A stretch of DNA of 64,000 bases from an uncultured Ruminococcus sp. (lineage in GTDB: Bacteria; Bacillota; Clostridia; Oscillospirales; CAG-272), in assembly GCA_964460165.1 (NCBI GenBank), contig CAYWPS010000002.1, forward strand, positions 2,709 to 66,708. Reading direction: 5' to 3'. Both the position numbers and the translations under genes were made by a program. Shown piece after piece: positions 27,413-36,981 of the stretch. Every line of letters begins with the position of its first letter. The first letter of the stretch is position 1. The notes beneath the pieces are model-generated. The model was not told where the DNA came from, did no database searches, and saw only the letters and a program-made list of their open reading frames with translations.

Positions 27413-28534
27413 TCAGGAAATTTTAACCGATGATTTCGAGGACGCCTTAACGAGCGCAATATATGAAGTGCCTCGGTTGACCGTCAGACGCTCACCGTCG
27501 GTATTATAAAATACTAAATTTCCCGATGAATCCCTTTCCCAAGAGATTTTGATATATTCACCCTCGGACGCATATATTCCGCACCCTTTACTATAAGTAT
27601 CGAGTATTAGCTGAGTGCTATCCTCCGTTTCGTAAGTTGTTGAATTGGCGTACAGAATAAATACATTGTCATATTTTAGCGGTCTATCATTTAACAGATC
27701 GTTTTTTAATACGGAATTCTTTGACAGTATATATCCGTTTTCATACGTAGAGTAATTAAGCTGTGTTGAAGTGCTATCGGAAAACGTGATCGCAACCGAC
27801 AAAGCGCTTTCGCCAGATAGAACAAGCGTAGTATCGTTATCAGGGAAAGAATATGGCAATTTCGTGCCATCCGATGATGATTGATTGGTCTTATTATTAT
27901 TTAAAAATGCGTTGACCAGGTCGCCGTTTGTGTAAACGAAAGAATTGTACTCAGTATAACAGTAGCCGCTTATTTTAGAAAAATCCAAAACGTCCCTTGG
28001 TTCCTCGTACTCATATTCAAAAGCATCGTCGGTGCCGTAAGATAACAAAATCCCACCAAAATATGTAGCGAGATTCGATATATATCCGCGGCTTGGAGCT
28101 AGTGACCCGATCTTTCCAAGCGATTTTGCTTCGTCTGTAAAGCACAAAAATCTCGTATTGCCATATTCGGTAGGGAATTCAATAGTAAGATATGAAGAAG
28201 AAATACCGTATAACGGTTCTGATGACGAAACCGCAATGCACAGCGGACGCTTTAAGGATGTCTCTATGTCTGTTTCGAGCCCCGTTATTCCGTGGTAATA
28301 TATAGGTGAAGGAGTGACGGCAGGAACATCTTGCTCTGAACCCTCTCCTTCGTTGTTTTCGGTTGTATCATCGCTTGCTGGATTGTTATCAACTACGATT
28401 TTATCACCGTCTGATTTGTCATTAGTAAATGATTGCCAACCGTTTGCCGCAAAGGATACTGTGCAGGTTATTACGACGGCAATCACAAAAAAAGCAACCA
28501 GTTTTGCAAGGTTGCCATTTTGCAGCCATTTCAT
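27413..28534 (-). CDS. DUF3048 (YerB-like) membrane-anchored/secreted protein
   Basis: N-terminal TM/signal helix (LVAFFVIAVVITCTVSFA) and an acidic linker. Then ITGLE...KRPLCIAVSS...YGISSSYLTIEFPTEYGNTRFLCF...IGSLAPSRGY, resembling the DUF3048 N-domain pattern. Start at ATG 28534 (MKWLQ). Confidence 0.55.
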   Translation of the reverse strand: MKWLQNGNLAKLVAFFVIAVVITCTVSFAANGWQSFTNDKSDGDKIVVDNNPASDDTTENNEGEGSEQDVPAVTPSPIYYHGITGLETDIETSLKRPLCIAVSSSEPLYGISSSYLTIEFPTEYGNTRFLCFTDEAKSLGKIGSLAPSRGYISNLATYFGGILLSYGTDDAFEYEYEEPRDVLDFSKISGYCYTEYNSFVYTNGDLVNAFLNNNKTNQSSSDGTKLPYSFPDNDTTLVLSGESALSVAITFSDSTSTQLNYSTYENGYILSKNSVLKNDLLNDRPLKYDNVFILYANSTTYETEDSTQLILDTYSKGCGIYASEGEYIKISWERDSSGNLVFYNTDGERLTVNRGTSYIALVKASSKSSVKIS

Positions 28535-28583
28535 TTTTTTACCTCCTTGCACGGCTTATGCCGTACACGTTTTATCGATTGAA

Positions 28584-28868
28584 TTATCTGTTGTAACGCT
28601 CCAACCATGCGTCTGCAAAATCAAAAGCATCCTTCAGACCGGAAAGAATTTTCTGTTCCTTGGGAGATTTTGTATTGCTGTCAAGCAGTTGTACCATGAT
28701 CTGTGTAGGCATAGTACCGTGCTCTGTCTCGGTCTCGTTCATTATCATCATATAGATGTAGAATTTATCTGACATGTCGCCGTAGTAAATATCGTCACCC
28801 TGACGAACGAGAGGCCTTCCCTTGTATTCAAGGAATTCGTTGTTTTTAACGCCATTAACGTCTAACAT
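28584..28868 (-). CDS. Hypothetical 94-aa protein
   Basis: Clean ORF with an AAAGGAGAAAA SD 5-6 nt upstream and its own promoter. I do not recognise a family. Confidence 0.45.
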   Translation of the reverse strand: MLDVNGVKNNEFLEYKGRPLVRQGDDIYYGDMSDKFYIYMMIMNETETEHGTMPTQIMVQLLDSNTKSPKEQKILSGLKDAFDFADAWLERYNR

Positions 28869-28925
28869 ATTTTCTCCTTTCTCATAATTTGGAAAACGAC
28901 GGCGTGCTTGTCCGCTTTCGATACT

Positions 28926-28954
28926 ATAATATCAAATACTCTTGCGTATGTAAA
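28926..28954 (-). promoter_or_regulatory. Sigma-A type promoter for the 94-aa gene / DUF3048 gene
   Basis: On the - strand: TTTACA, 17-nt spacer, TATTAT. Confidence 0.5.
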
Positions 28955-28998
28955 TACATTCGACAAAAAGAGTAAGTGTAAAAGTATCGCAAAAGAAG

Positions 28999-30210
28999 CT
29001 ATTTTTTTACAAAAGGCGTAAAGCGAAGAGCACTGTTTCCATCCTTTGGAATTGGCTTAGTCATCTGGAAGATGGCATCGGCTTTGTCTGACACGTTTTT
29101 TTGAGGAAGCGCCTCAAGGGGGAGCTTCTCTATGTCAGACGGTTTCGTCAGGATGGTGAAGTCGGAACGCTTTCCAATAGTTTTGAGCATAGCTCTGCCG
29201 CGAGAATCAAAAGCAAGAAGTTGAGTATATGCCGGGAGCTCTATAAATTGGGAGGAGGTAACGCCCAATAAAGAGTAGAATAACGCTCGGCGAATTCTTG
29301 CCTTAGTGAAATTCTTTGATTCGGCAGCGCAGATTAAGCCTTCGATAGTGTTCGTCTTATAGCTAAGATCATGAAGACGATTATATAAACCGCCGACGGT
29401 GTCGTGTATATCCACGGCACACGAAGGAAGATTTAATCTGAGTGATGCAATTACAGCGGTTGAGATGCGCTCGTTATCGCAGGGGAAATCTCCGCTCGAA
29501 ATTGCTTCTAAAATTGTGTTTTTTGTAATATTGGGGATAAATTCAAGAGCAGAAAAATCCTTTTGCTCTATTGATTTTCTTATAGATGTAGCGCTTTGAA
29601 TATTTCCTTCTACAATTTTTTCATCTGAAAACGAGTTGTTAGCCCGTTTCACCGTATGAGGTTTAATATTGCTTTTAAAGGAAATGATCGCCTTGATATA
29701 TTCGATGGCGAGTATGTTGTTTGGCGTGAAGGAAACACGGTCGTTGTCGTGATACAGCTCGTTTACAGCAAGCTCGCACAGAGCGGCATATCCAAGCTTT
29801 CTGGTTCCTTCATTCTCTGATAATTGAGCAATTTTGCGAGTGAACTCTTCGCCGAGCATAATTTTTGCAATATTCGTGAGATTTTCGACGGATCCGGATT
29901 CGCTGCCAAAAGAAACGTAGTCAACGCAGCCAAGCCGATCAAGAATATGTATTGCCGATTTTGCAAAGTATTCCGCGCTCGACATAGAGTAGGGAAAGGG
30001 AATCTCAAGGACGAGATTTACGCCGGACTGTACGGCGCACTTTGCGCGTATACCCTTATCCGTTATAGCAACGCCTCCGCGCTGAACAAAATTTCCGCTC
30101 ATAACGGCTATGATATTCGCAGCGTCGCCAAATTCCTCTCGTATCTTTTCTATCTGATAAAGATGACCGTTGTGAAACGGATTGTATTCGCATATTATTC
30201 CGATATTCAT
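28999..30210 (-). CDS. tmcAL: tRNA(Met) cytidine acetate ligase TmcAL (YlbM/UPF0348 nucleotidyltransferase)
   Basis: MNIGIICEYNPFHNGHLYQI opening typical of TmcAL. Start trimmed to ATG 30210 behind a GGGAGG SD; the ORF-track start 30390 would run through the ackA promoter and start. Confidence 0.8.
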   Translation of the reverse strand: MNIGIICEYNPFHNGHLYQIEKIREEFGDAANIIAVMSGNFVQRGGVAITDKGIRAKCAVQSGVNLVLEIPFPYSMSSAEYFAKSAIHILDRLGCVDYVSFGSESGSVENLTNIAKIMLGEEFTRKIAQLSENEGTRKLGYAALCELAVNELYHDNDRVSFTPNNILAIEYIKAIISFKSNIKPHTVKRANNSFSDEKIVEGNIQSATSIRKSIEQKDFSALEFIPNITKNTILEAISSGDFPCDNERISTAVIASLRLNLPSCAVDIHDTVGGLYNRLHDLSYKTNTIEGLICAAESKNFTKARIRRALFYSLLGVTSSQFIELPAYTQLLAFDSRGRAMLKTIGKRSDFTILTKPSDIEKLPLEALPQKNVSDKADAIFQMTKPIPKDGNSALRFTPFVKK

Positions 30211-30246
30211 ACGGCCTCCCGTTTTTAAGAAATTGCAAAAATCCAC

Positions 30247-30275
30247 TTGAACATTGAAGTTTTTAGTAGTATAAT
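30247..30275 (+). promoter_or_regulatory. Sigma-A type promoter of ackA
   Basis: TTGAAC, 17-nt spacer, TATAAT, with an AAGGAGA SD downstream. Confidence 0.6.
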
Positions 30276-30308
30276 AACAATGTACAAAATATTTCAAGGA
30301 GATATATA

Positions 30309-31514
30309 ATGAAGGTTTTAGTTGTAAATGCAGGCTCAAGCTCGCTAAAGTACCAGCTTTTTGATACTGCCGAGGGCAATATACTTGCAAAGGGTAATTG
30401 CGAAAGAATCGGCATCGACGGCTCTCGCATCATTCACAAAACTCTTGGTAAAGAGGAATACATCAGGGAGCAGGCGCTTCCCAGCCATTCCGAGGCTACA
30501 AAGCTTGTTGTTGAAACGTTGCTTGATCCGAAGGTGGGGTGCATCAGCTCGGTTGACGAGATCGAGGCGATTGGTCACAGAGTGGTGCATGGCGGCGCAT
30601 TTTTCACGGAGTCGGTACTAGTATCCGATGAGGTAATGGAGATTCTCGACAAGTGTGTTGCTTACGCTCCGCTCCATACCCCTGCTCATATTATGGGTAT
30701 TAAGGGATGTATGGACGTTATGCCCAATACTCCCGAGGTTTTGGTTTTTGATACCGCATTCCATCAGACAATGTCAAAAGAGGCGTACATGTATGGAATT
30801 TCGTACGATATGTACGAGGAATTCCAGATCCGTCGTTATGGAGCGCACGGAACCTCTCACAGATATGTCAGCGGCGAGATGATCAAGCTCCTGGGAGGCA
30901 ACGCGGAGGGTACTAGGATCGTTACCTGCCACATTGGCAACGGATCGTCTATAACTGCCGTTAAGGACGGTAAGTGCGTAGATACCTCTATGGGCTTCAC
31001 GCCTCTTGACGGAATTATGATGGGCACCAGATGCGGTGCTATTGATCCTGCTATCGTCACTTATATCATGGAGAAGAAAAATATGTCACCAAAAGAGGCT
31101 GACAACTATATGAACAAGAAGTGCGGCTTCCTTGGTATCAGCGGCATAAGCTCTGATTCACGCGACGTTGAGAAGGCGATGAAGGAAGGCAACGAAAGAG
31201 CCCAACTCACATATGATATGCTTTGCTATCAGATAAAGAAGTATATAGGTTCTTACTCAGCGGCAATGGGCGGTCTTGATGCAATCGTGTTTACCGCGGG
31301 AATCGGCGAGCACACGCCCTATATAAGAGAGCACGCGCTCGAGGGGCTTGAGTACCTAGGTGTTAAACTTGATCTTGAGAGAAATAATTTTGGTCATTCG
31401 GGAACACCGGTAAAAATCTCCGCGGACGACTCAAGAGTTGCGGTATACATGATACCCACTAATGAAGAGCTCGTTATAGCGAGCGATACGGAGTCGATCG
31501 TATCTAAACTTTAA
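30309..31514 (+). CDS. ackA: Acetate kinase
   Basis: MKVLVVNAGSSSLKYQLF, HRVVHGG, YGAHGTSH, EHTPYIRE: the canonical AckA pattern. 401 aa. Confidence 0.95.
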   Translation: MKVLVVNAGSSSLKYQLFDTAEGNILAKGNCERIGIDGSRIIHKTLGKEEYIREQALPSHSEATKLVVETLLDPKVGCISSVDEIEAIGHRVVHGGAFFTESVLVSDEVMEILDKCVAYAPLHTPAHIMGIKGCMDVMPNTPEVLVFDTAFHQTMSKEAYMYGISYDMYEEFQIRRYGAHGTSHRYVSGEMIKLLGGNAEGTRIVTCHIGNGSSITAVKDGKCVDTSMGFTPLDGIMMGTRCGAIDPAIVTYIMEKKNMSPKEADNYMNKKCGFLGISGISSDSRDVEKAMKEGNERAQLTYDMLCYQIKKYIGSYSAAMGGLDAIVFTAGIGEHTPYIREHALEGLEYLGVKLDLERNNFGHSGTPVKISADDSRVAVYMIPTNEELVIASDTESIVSKL

Positions 31515-31521
31515 CGGTTTG

Positions 31522-31562
31522 GAAGGCAGTCGCAAAGACAAGCTTGCGACTGCCTTCTTTTT
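31522..31562 (+). terminator. Intrinsic terminator after ackA
   Basis: GAAGGCAGTCGCAA / TTGCGACTGCCTTC 14-bp stem followed by TTTTT. Confidence 0.8.
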
Positions 31563-31624
31563 ATATACTATATACTACCACAAAAAACTTCATATGTCAA
31601 GAAAAATAAGCGTTCAAGAGCATA

Positions 31625-32665
31625 TTATTTATTTAAAATAGCATTCATCTCATTTGTGATCCTGTCATACTTATCATCGTTTTTCTCAAATGATATATTT
31701 GTTGAGTAAATATTCTCCAATTCAAAATGGCACGCGGCAGCTTTGGTAAATAAACTCATCGCCTCGTCGAGAAAAGAGTTATATGCTGATTTGACGCTCT
31801 CGTATATCTTTGATTTAGGGATAAATGACTGACAATCAATAGCAGCATCAGCGTGATCTGAAATCTGAAAAACCGTATCGGGCGTCTCTATTGCATCTGT
31901 CATATCGTTAGAAAAAGCAGAAGGGAATACTCGTATAACGCTTTCACTTTTCATGAGTGAAGATGAAAGGTGTGACATTAAGACATACTGCGAAATGCCG
32001 TCGCCGCTAATCTTTATAATCCGTTTGCCGCTAGTATTTAACGTTAATAGTTTATATCCGTCCTTGCCGAATGCGCTGAGTAAATAATCGTTTTCCACAT
32101 GCTTTCCAACGCCTGTTGGCTCATTTTTGATCAAACTATTTGAAATTTTTTCTGCTTCATCATAAACACCGCATTTGGATAAATAGCCATTAATATATGT
32201 GTGAATTTCACCGGCGATCTTCAGTGCCGAATAGGCGTTTTGATATAGCTCCTTTTTCTTATTTCCAAGATGGATAATACGATCTTTTTGCACCCTCAAT
32301 TTGCCGTAATCAAAACCGTCTCCGAGATTAATTATTTCTTCTACCGCGCCCGGATTTTGAGGCTCGATCACGTGAGGCGCCGTGCCATCTGCGATTCCTA
32401 TCTTAACGCCGTTCTTTTTAATTATAACTCCGTCAAGCGAGGCGGGATCGGAAGAGCAAAAAATATTTGTCACATCGCATCTCTTTAAAAAGTTGTTTGA
32501 TATTTTTTTCATCAACGTGCTTTTTCCTGTACCGGGGCCGCCTTTTATTATAAACAGCTTGTCGATTTTTTGGGGCGAAAAAATCCGATCAAAATACGAT
32601 CTGAAGCCCGAGTAACCGTTAGCTGCCGCAAAGAAACAATCGGCGTAACAAGAATAATCGTTCAT
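31625..32665 (-). CDS. Uncharacterised P-loop ATPase (PRK06851-like family)
   Basis: FAAANGYSGFRSYF, P-loop IIKGGPGTGKSTLMKKI, CSSDPASLDG, DGTAPHVIEPQNPGAVEEIINLG. This pattern matches my recollection of the PRK06851 family of sporeformers. Confidence 0.55.
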   Translation of the reverse strand: MNDYSCYADCFFAAANGYSGFRSYFDRIFSPQKIDKLFIIKGGPGTGKSTLMKKISNNFLKRCDVTNIFCSSDPASLDGVIIKKNGVKIGIADGTAPHVIEPQNPGAVEEIINLGDGFDYGKLRVQKDRIIHLGNKKKELYQNAYSALKIAGEIHTYINGYLSKCGVYDEAEKISNSLIKNEPTGVGKHVENDYLLSAFGKDGYKLLTLNTSGKRIIKISGDGISQYVLMSHLSSSLMKSESVIRVFPSAFSNDMTDAIETPDTVFQISDHADAAIDCQSFIPKSKIYESVKSAYNSFLDEAMSLFTKAAACHFELENIYSTNISFEKNDDKYDRITNEMNAILNK

Positions 32666-32748
32666 ATATCTTCTCCTTTTTGTTCGTCATAAAAAGCATA
32701 TTCCAAACCGATGAATTTGTTACTGTATTCAATATTTTATAATTAAAC

Positions 32749-32777
32749 TTGACATTCCGCGTAAAATCTTTTATAAT
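32749..32777 (+). promoter_or_regulatory. Consensus sigma-A promoter of coaE
   Basis: TTGACA, 17-nt spacer, TATAAT. Confidence 0.65.
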
Positions 32778-32806
32778 ATATTTTGTAATATTGTGGGAGG
32801 TTGTCT

Positions 32807-33409
32807 ATGAAGGTGATCGGATTGTGTGGCGGAAGCGGCGCAGGTAAGGGATTAGTATGCAGCTTTTTTAATGATCTCGGCATAAAAAGCATTGATACCG
32901 ACAAGGTTTACCACGACCTCATTTCTACCGATTCGGAATGTACGAGAGAGCTCGTCCTTCGTTTTGGCAAGCAAATATCCAACGACGCAGGCATCAACCG
33001 TTTGAAGCTGCGAGATGTCGTTTTTGCTTCGAAGGAAAACCTCGCAATACTTAATAAAATCACCCACAGGCATATCCTCGCCAAAGTGCGCGATTTGTTA
33101 AACGAGATCAAAGCGAGCGGAGCTGCCCGCGGCGTTATTATCGACGCTCCTCTTTTGTTTGAATCCGGCTTCGACAAGGAATGCGACTTAACAATATGCG
33201 TCATTGCGGATAAGTACGCCAGAATAGAACGGATAGTACGCCGTGACGGTATATCGGCTGAAGCAGCATTTGCACGAATTGATACGCAGATATCCGATGA
33301 TGAATTGATTAAAAAATGCACTTATGTCATATATAACGATTCGACCGAGGATCATCTTCGCGAGAAGGTTCGCGAGTTAAATAAAATAATATTCGATAAT
33401 CAAAAATAG
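32807..33409 (+). CDS. coaE: Dephospho-CoA kinase
   Basis: MKVIGLCGGSGAGKG P-loop and a 200-aa CoaE-like layout. ATG 32807 preferred over the upstream TTG at 32801. Confidence 0.85.
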   Translation: MKVIGLCGGSGAGKGLVCSFFNDLGIKSIDTDKVYHDLISTDSECTRELVLRFGKQISNDAGINRLKLRDVVFASKENLAILNKITHRHILAKVRDLLNEIKASGAARGVIIDAPLLFESGFDKECDLTICVIADKYARIERIVRRDGISAEAAFARIDTQISDDELIKKCTYVIYNDSTEDHLREKVRELNKIIFDNQK

Positions 33410-33420
33410 GAGATATACTA

Positions 33421-34818
33421 ATGGAAAAGAAAAACGCACAGGAAATGCTCGATAAGCTTTCCTATAAAAAGAAGAACGTATTTGAGGAATCATCTGCCGA
33501 GGAAATCAAGGAAATATACGAGTATTCAAAGGGATATATGAAGTTCCTTGATGATGCGAAAACAGAAAGAGAAGCGACTATTGCTTCCATTGCGATGATC
33601 GAGAGTCAGGGATATACCGAGTATAAGCTTGGAGATAAACTTATACTCGGTGACAAGAAATATTATAATAACAATGGTAAAAGCCTTGTTATATTCAAAA
33701 TCGGCGATGAGAACATTGAGGAGAACGGTATCAGAATACTCGCATCTCACATAGATTCTCCAAGAATTGATCTCAAGCAAATACCTTTATACGAGGATTC
33801 CGGTATGGGCTTCCTCAAGACGCATTACTATGGCGGTGTAAAGAAGTATCAGTGGACCGCAATTCCTCTCTCTTTACACGGAGTTATGGTTAAAGCGAAC
33901 GGGGAAACTGTGGAGGTGAAGATCGGCGAGGACGAAACCGATCCCGTATTTTACATCAATGACCTTCTGCCGCATCTTGCGCAGCGTCAGTCGCAGGAGC
34001 CTCTCGGTACCGCAATCGCTGGAGAAACTCTCAATATTTTAGTTGGCGGACTTCCTTACGATTGCGATGACGTGTCAGATAAGATCAAGCTCACTGTTCT
34101 TTCTATGCTTCACGATAAGTATGGCGTAACCGAGGAGGATTTTCTTAGCGCTGAGCTTTCTCTTGTTCCCGCATTCAAGGCTCGCGATATTGGATTTGAC
34201 AGAGCGCTGATAGGTGCTTACGGACATGATGACAGAGTATGCTCTTATCCTGCTGTCACGGCGCTTCTTGATAATGATGATACCAAGCATACCGTAATGG
34301 TCGTTCTTGCAGACAAGGAAGAAATTGGCTCAGTGGGACTCACCGGTATGCAGTCTGACGTCCTTGTTGATATCATTTCCATGATCTCTGCTTCTCTCGG
34401 CGCAAACTCTATAATCGTAAGAAGCAAATCAAAGTGTCTCAGCGCGGATGTAAATGCCGCGTACGATCCTAACTTCGCAGATGTATACGAGAAGAGAAAC
34501 AGCGCGCTTATCTCATGCGGTACCTGCCTCAGCAAGTACACCGGATCGAGAGGAAAATCCGGCACGAGCGATGCATCCGCTGAATTTGTTGGCTTTGTCA
34601 GACGTCTCTTTGCGGAGAACGGTGTGATCTGGCAGACCGCAGAGCTTGGCAAGGTGGATGCCGGTGGCGGCGGAACGGTGGCAATGTATATTGCCAATCA
34701 CAACATTGAGACGGTCGATCTCGGTGTACCGGTCATATCCATGCACGCGCCCTACGAGGTCGTTTCCAAGGCGGACGTTTATTCCACTTATAAGGCATTT
34801 TGCGCGTTTGTAAAATAG
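33421..34818 (+). CDS. M18-family aminopeptidase (aminopeptidase 1 type)
   Basis: ILASHIDSPRIDLK, HYYGGVKKYQW, DKEEIGS, ISMHAPYE: metal-ligand blocks typical of M18 aminopeptidases. Confidence 0.75.
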   Translation: MEKKNAQEMLDKLSYKKKNVFEESSAEEIKEIYEYSKGYMKFLDDAKTEREATIASIAMIESQGYTEYKLGDKLILGDKKYYNNNGKSLVIFKIGDENIEENGIRILASHIDSPRIDLKQIPLYEDSGMGFLKTHYYGGVKKYQWTAIPLSLHGVMVKANGETVEVKIGEDETDPVFYINDLLPHLAQRQSQEPLGTAIAGETLNILVGGLPYDCDDVSDKIKLTVLSMLHDKYGVTEEDFLSAELSLVPAFKARDIGFDRALIGAYGHDDRVCSYPAVTALLDNDDTKHTVMVVLADKEEIGSVGLTGMQSDVLVDIISMISASLGANSIIVRSKSKCLSADVNAAYDPNFADVYEKRNSALISCGTCLSKYTGSRGKSGTSDASAEFVGFVRRLFAENGVIWQTAELGKVDAGGGGTVAMYIANHNIETVDLGVPVISMHAPYEVVSKADVYSTYKAFCAFVK

Positions 34819-34859
34819 TTTTATCTCAAATTTAATTTTTATAAATTTGAGGTGAGAAA

Positions 34860-35939
34860 ATGTTAAAAAGATTATCACATGCAGATGACAGATACAGGGA
34901 GATTGAGCAGATGCTCACTCTCCCCGAGGTCATTGCTAATAACAAAGAGTATCAAAAGCTAATAAAAGAATACAATAAACTGTCCGAGATCGTTTCTAAA
35001 TACAGAGAATATCTGAAGGCGCAGAAAGAAATGTGCGAGGCGGACGAAATGATGCGCGATTCGTCGCTCGATTCTGATCTTCGAGAGCTCGCAGAGGATG
35101 ATTACAAGGAGAGACGCGCGTTGTGTGATTCCTTATCCGAGGAATTGAAGCTGCTCCTCATGCCAAGAGATCCTAACGATTCCCGTAACGTAGTGGTCGA
35201 GCTTCGTCAGGGCGCCGGCGGAGAAGAAGCGGCACTGTTTGCATACGATATTTACAGAATGTACTCTATGTATGCCGCAACCAGAGGCTTCAGGATCGAA
35301 GTGATCAATCTCAACGAAACAGAGCTTGGTGGAATCAAGAATATAACATTTACCGTTATAGGCGATGGAGCTTATTCCCGCTTTAAGTTCGAAAGTGGCG
35401 TGCACAGAGTGCAGAGAATACCCGTAACCGAGTCTAACGGTAAAATTCAGACCTCTACCGTTACGGTTGCTGTTTTACCCGAGGCTGAAGATGTTGAGGT
35501 TGATATAAACCCTTCTGATATAAAAATCGAATCATGCAAATCAAGCGGAGCGGGCGGTCAGCACATCAATAAGACTGAATCCGCTGTCAGATTGACGCAT
35601 ATTCCCACGGGTATCGTTATCGAGTGTGACGGTGAGCGCAGTCAGCTTCAGAATAAAGAAAAAGCAATGAAGCTCCTTTATACCAAGCTTTATGACATAA
35701 AGGAGAAGGAGCAAAACGATCAGATAGCTTCAACAAGGAAAAGTCAGGTCGGAACAGGTGACAGAAGCGAGAAGATCAGAACTTATAATTATCCGCAATC
35801 CAGAGTTACTGATCACAGAATAAATAAGACGATATTCAACCTTGATAGCTTTCTTAACGGAAATGTTGATGTTATCATAGACGATTTGATCGCACTGGAT
35901 ACCGCCATGCGCCTGAGGGGTGAGGAAAATGGAGACTAA
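34860..35939 (+). CDS. prfA: Peptide chain release factor 1
   Basis: RF1 tripeptide PVT (RIPVTES), GGQ motif SGAGGQHINKTESAVR. 359 aa, with no frameshift site (it is not prfB). Confidence 0.95.
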   Translation: MLKRLSHADDRYREIEQMLTLPEVIANNKEYQKLIKEYNKLSEIVSKYREYLKAQKEMCEADEMMRDSSLDSDLRELAEDDYKERRALCDSLSEELKLLLMPRDPNDSRNVVVELRQGAGGEEAALFAYDIYRMYSMYAATRGFRIEVINLNETELGGIKNITFTVIGDGAYSRFKFESGVHRVQRIPVTESNGKIQTSTVTVAVLPEAEDVEVDINPSDIKIESCKSSGAGGQHINKTESAVRLTHIPTGIVIECDGERSQLQNKEKAMKLLYTKLYDIKEKEQNDQIASTRKSQVGTGDRSEKIRTYNYPQSRVTDHRINKTIFNLDSFLNGNVDVIIDDLIALDTAMRLRGEENGD

Positions 35940-36981
35940 GATTATTTCAATCACCGAGGGGACAAACCTATCAGAAGCACTTGCGGCGTCAGCAGACATT
36001 ATCCGCGCCGGCGGACTCGTAGTATTTCCGACGGAAACCGTCTACGGACTCGGCGCAGATGCGACTAATCCCGATGCCACTTCTAAAATTTACAGTGCAA
36101 AAGGAAGGCCATCGGACAATCCGCTAATTATTCACATCGCCGATCCCGGTGATGCGGAAGCGTATTGTTTTACAAATTCCGCCTTTTATTCATTGGCAGA
36201 AGCGTTTATGCCCGGCCCCTTAACGATCATACTTCCCGCTAAAGAAACCGTCCCGCTTACAACTCGCGGCGGACTTGATACAGTGGCGGTACGATGTCCC
36301 GCCAATCCAATAGCGAGAGAGCTTATACGCCTTTGCGGAGTTGCGATAGCTGCTCCGTCAGCAAATCTCTCGGGCAGTCCTTCTCCAACAAGCTTTGAGC
36401 ATGCCTACGCGGATATGAATGACAGAGTTGATGCAATTATTGATGGAGGCGACTGCGACTTCGGTCTTGAATCAACTATCGTCAAAGTAAACGCGGATAA
36501 ATCTCTTACGTTGCTTCGTCCCGGAAAGATCACGAAGGAGGATATTGAATCCATAGGTCTTAAGGTTTTGATCGCCGATGCAGTCACCGATACGCTAAAG
36601 GATAACGAAATTGCGATATCGCCGGGCATGAAATATAAGCATTACGCACCTAAGGCGCCGGTTGTTTTACTGGACGGAACTAAAGAAAAGATCGTCGCTT
36701 ACATAAAAGAACGTGTTTTCAAGGAGCAACGTATTGCCGTCATAGCCTACGAAGACGACGCAGAGTGTATTGCCGCTGTATCCGATAAAATCGATCTGTA
36801 CAAATTTGGTGTACGCGGCGATGAAATGGCGCAGGCGCATCTCTTGTTTAAGCTACTGAGGGATACCGATAAGGAAGAATATAGCATAATATACGCGCCC
36901 CTACCCGAAAAAAGCGGTATAGGACTCGCTCTTTACAATCGAATGATAAGGGCGGCAGCACATAATATTATAAGATTGTGA
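35929..36981 (+). CDS. tsaC: L-threonylcarbamoyladenylate synthase (Sua5/YwlC/TsaC, long form)
   Basis: GGLVVFPTETVYGLGADA, PLIIHI, SANLSGSPSP, plus the Sua5 C-terminal domain. ATG 35929 (SD GAGGGG 8 nt upstream) preferred; GTG 35920 is an alternative. It overlaps the prfA end. Confidence 0.85.
   Translation: METKIISITEGTNLSEALAASADIIRAGGLVVFPTETVYGLGADATNPDATSKIYSAKGRPSDNPLIIHIADPGDAEAYCFTNSAFYSLAEAFMPGPLTIILPAKETVPLTTRGGLDTVAVRCPANPIARELIRLCGVAIAAPSANLSGSPSPTSFEHAYADMNDRVDAIIDGGDCDFGLESTIVKVNADKSLTLLRPGKITKEDIESIGLKVLIADAVTDTLKDNEIAISPGMKYKHYAPKAPVVLLDGTKEKIVAYIKERVFKEQRIAVIAYEDDAECIAAVSDKIDLYKFGVRGDEMAQAHLLFKLLRDTDKEEYSIIYAPLPEKSGIGLALYNRMIRAAAHNIIRL

Noticed and set aside
30211-30390. 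60-codon N-terminal extension of the TmcAL ORF
   Set aside because: It would run across the ackA promoter and start codon on the opposite strand. ATG 30210 has a GGGAGG SD and yields the conserved MNIGIICEYNPFHNGH start.
34825-34851. 9-bp hairpin (CTCAAATTT/AAATTTGAG) overlapping the prfA Shine-Dalgarno sequence
   Set aside because: The stem is purely A/T-rich and short, with no U-tract. It is too weak to claim a terminator or a translational switch.
34860-35939. Checked for a programmed +1 frameshift site in the release-factor gene
   Set aside because: The gene is prfA (PVT tripeptide, single uninterrupted frame). The frameshift is a prfB feature.
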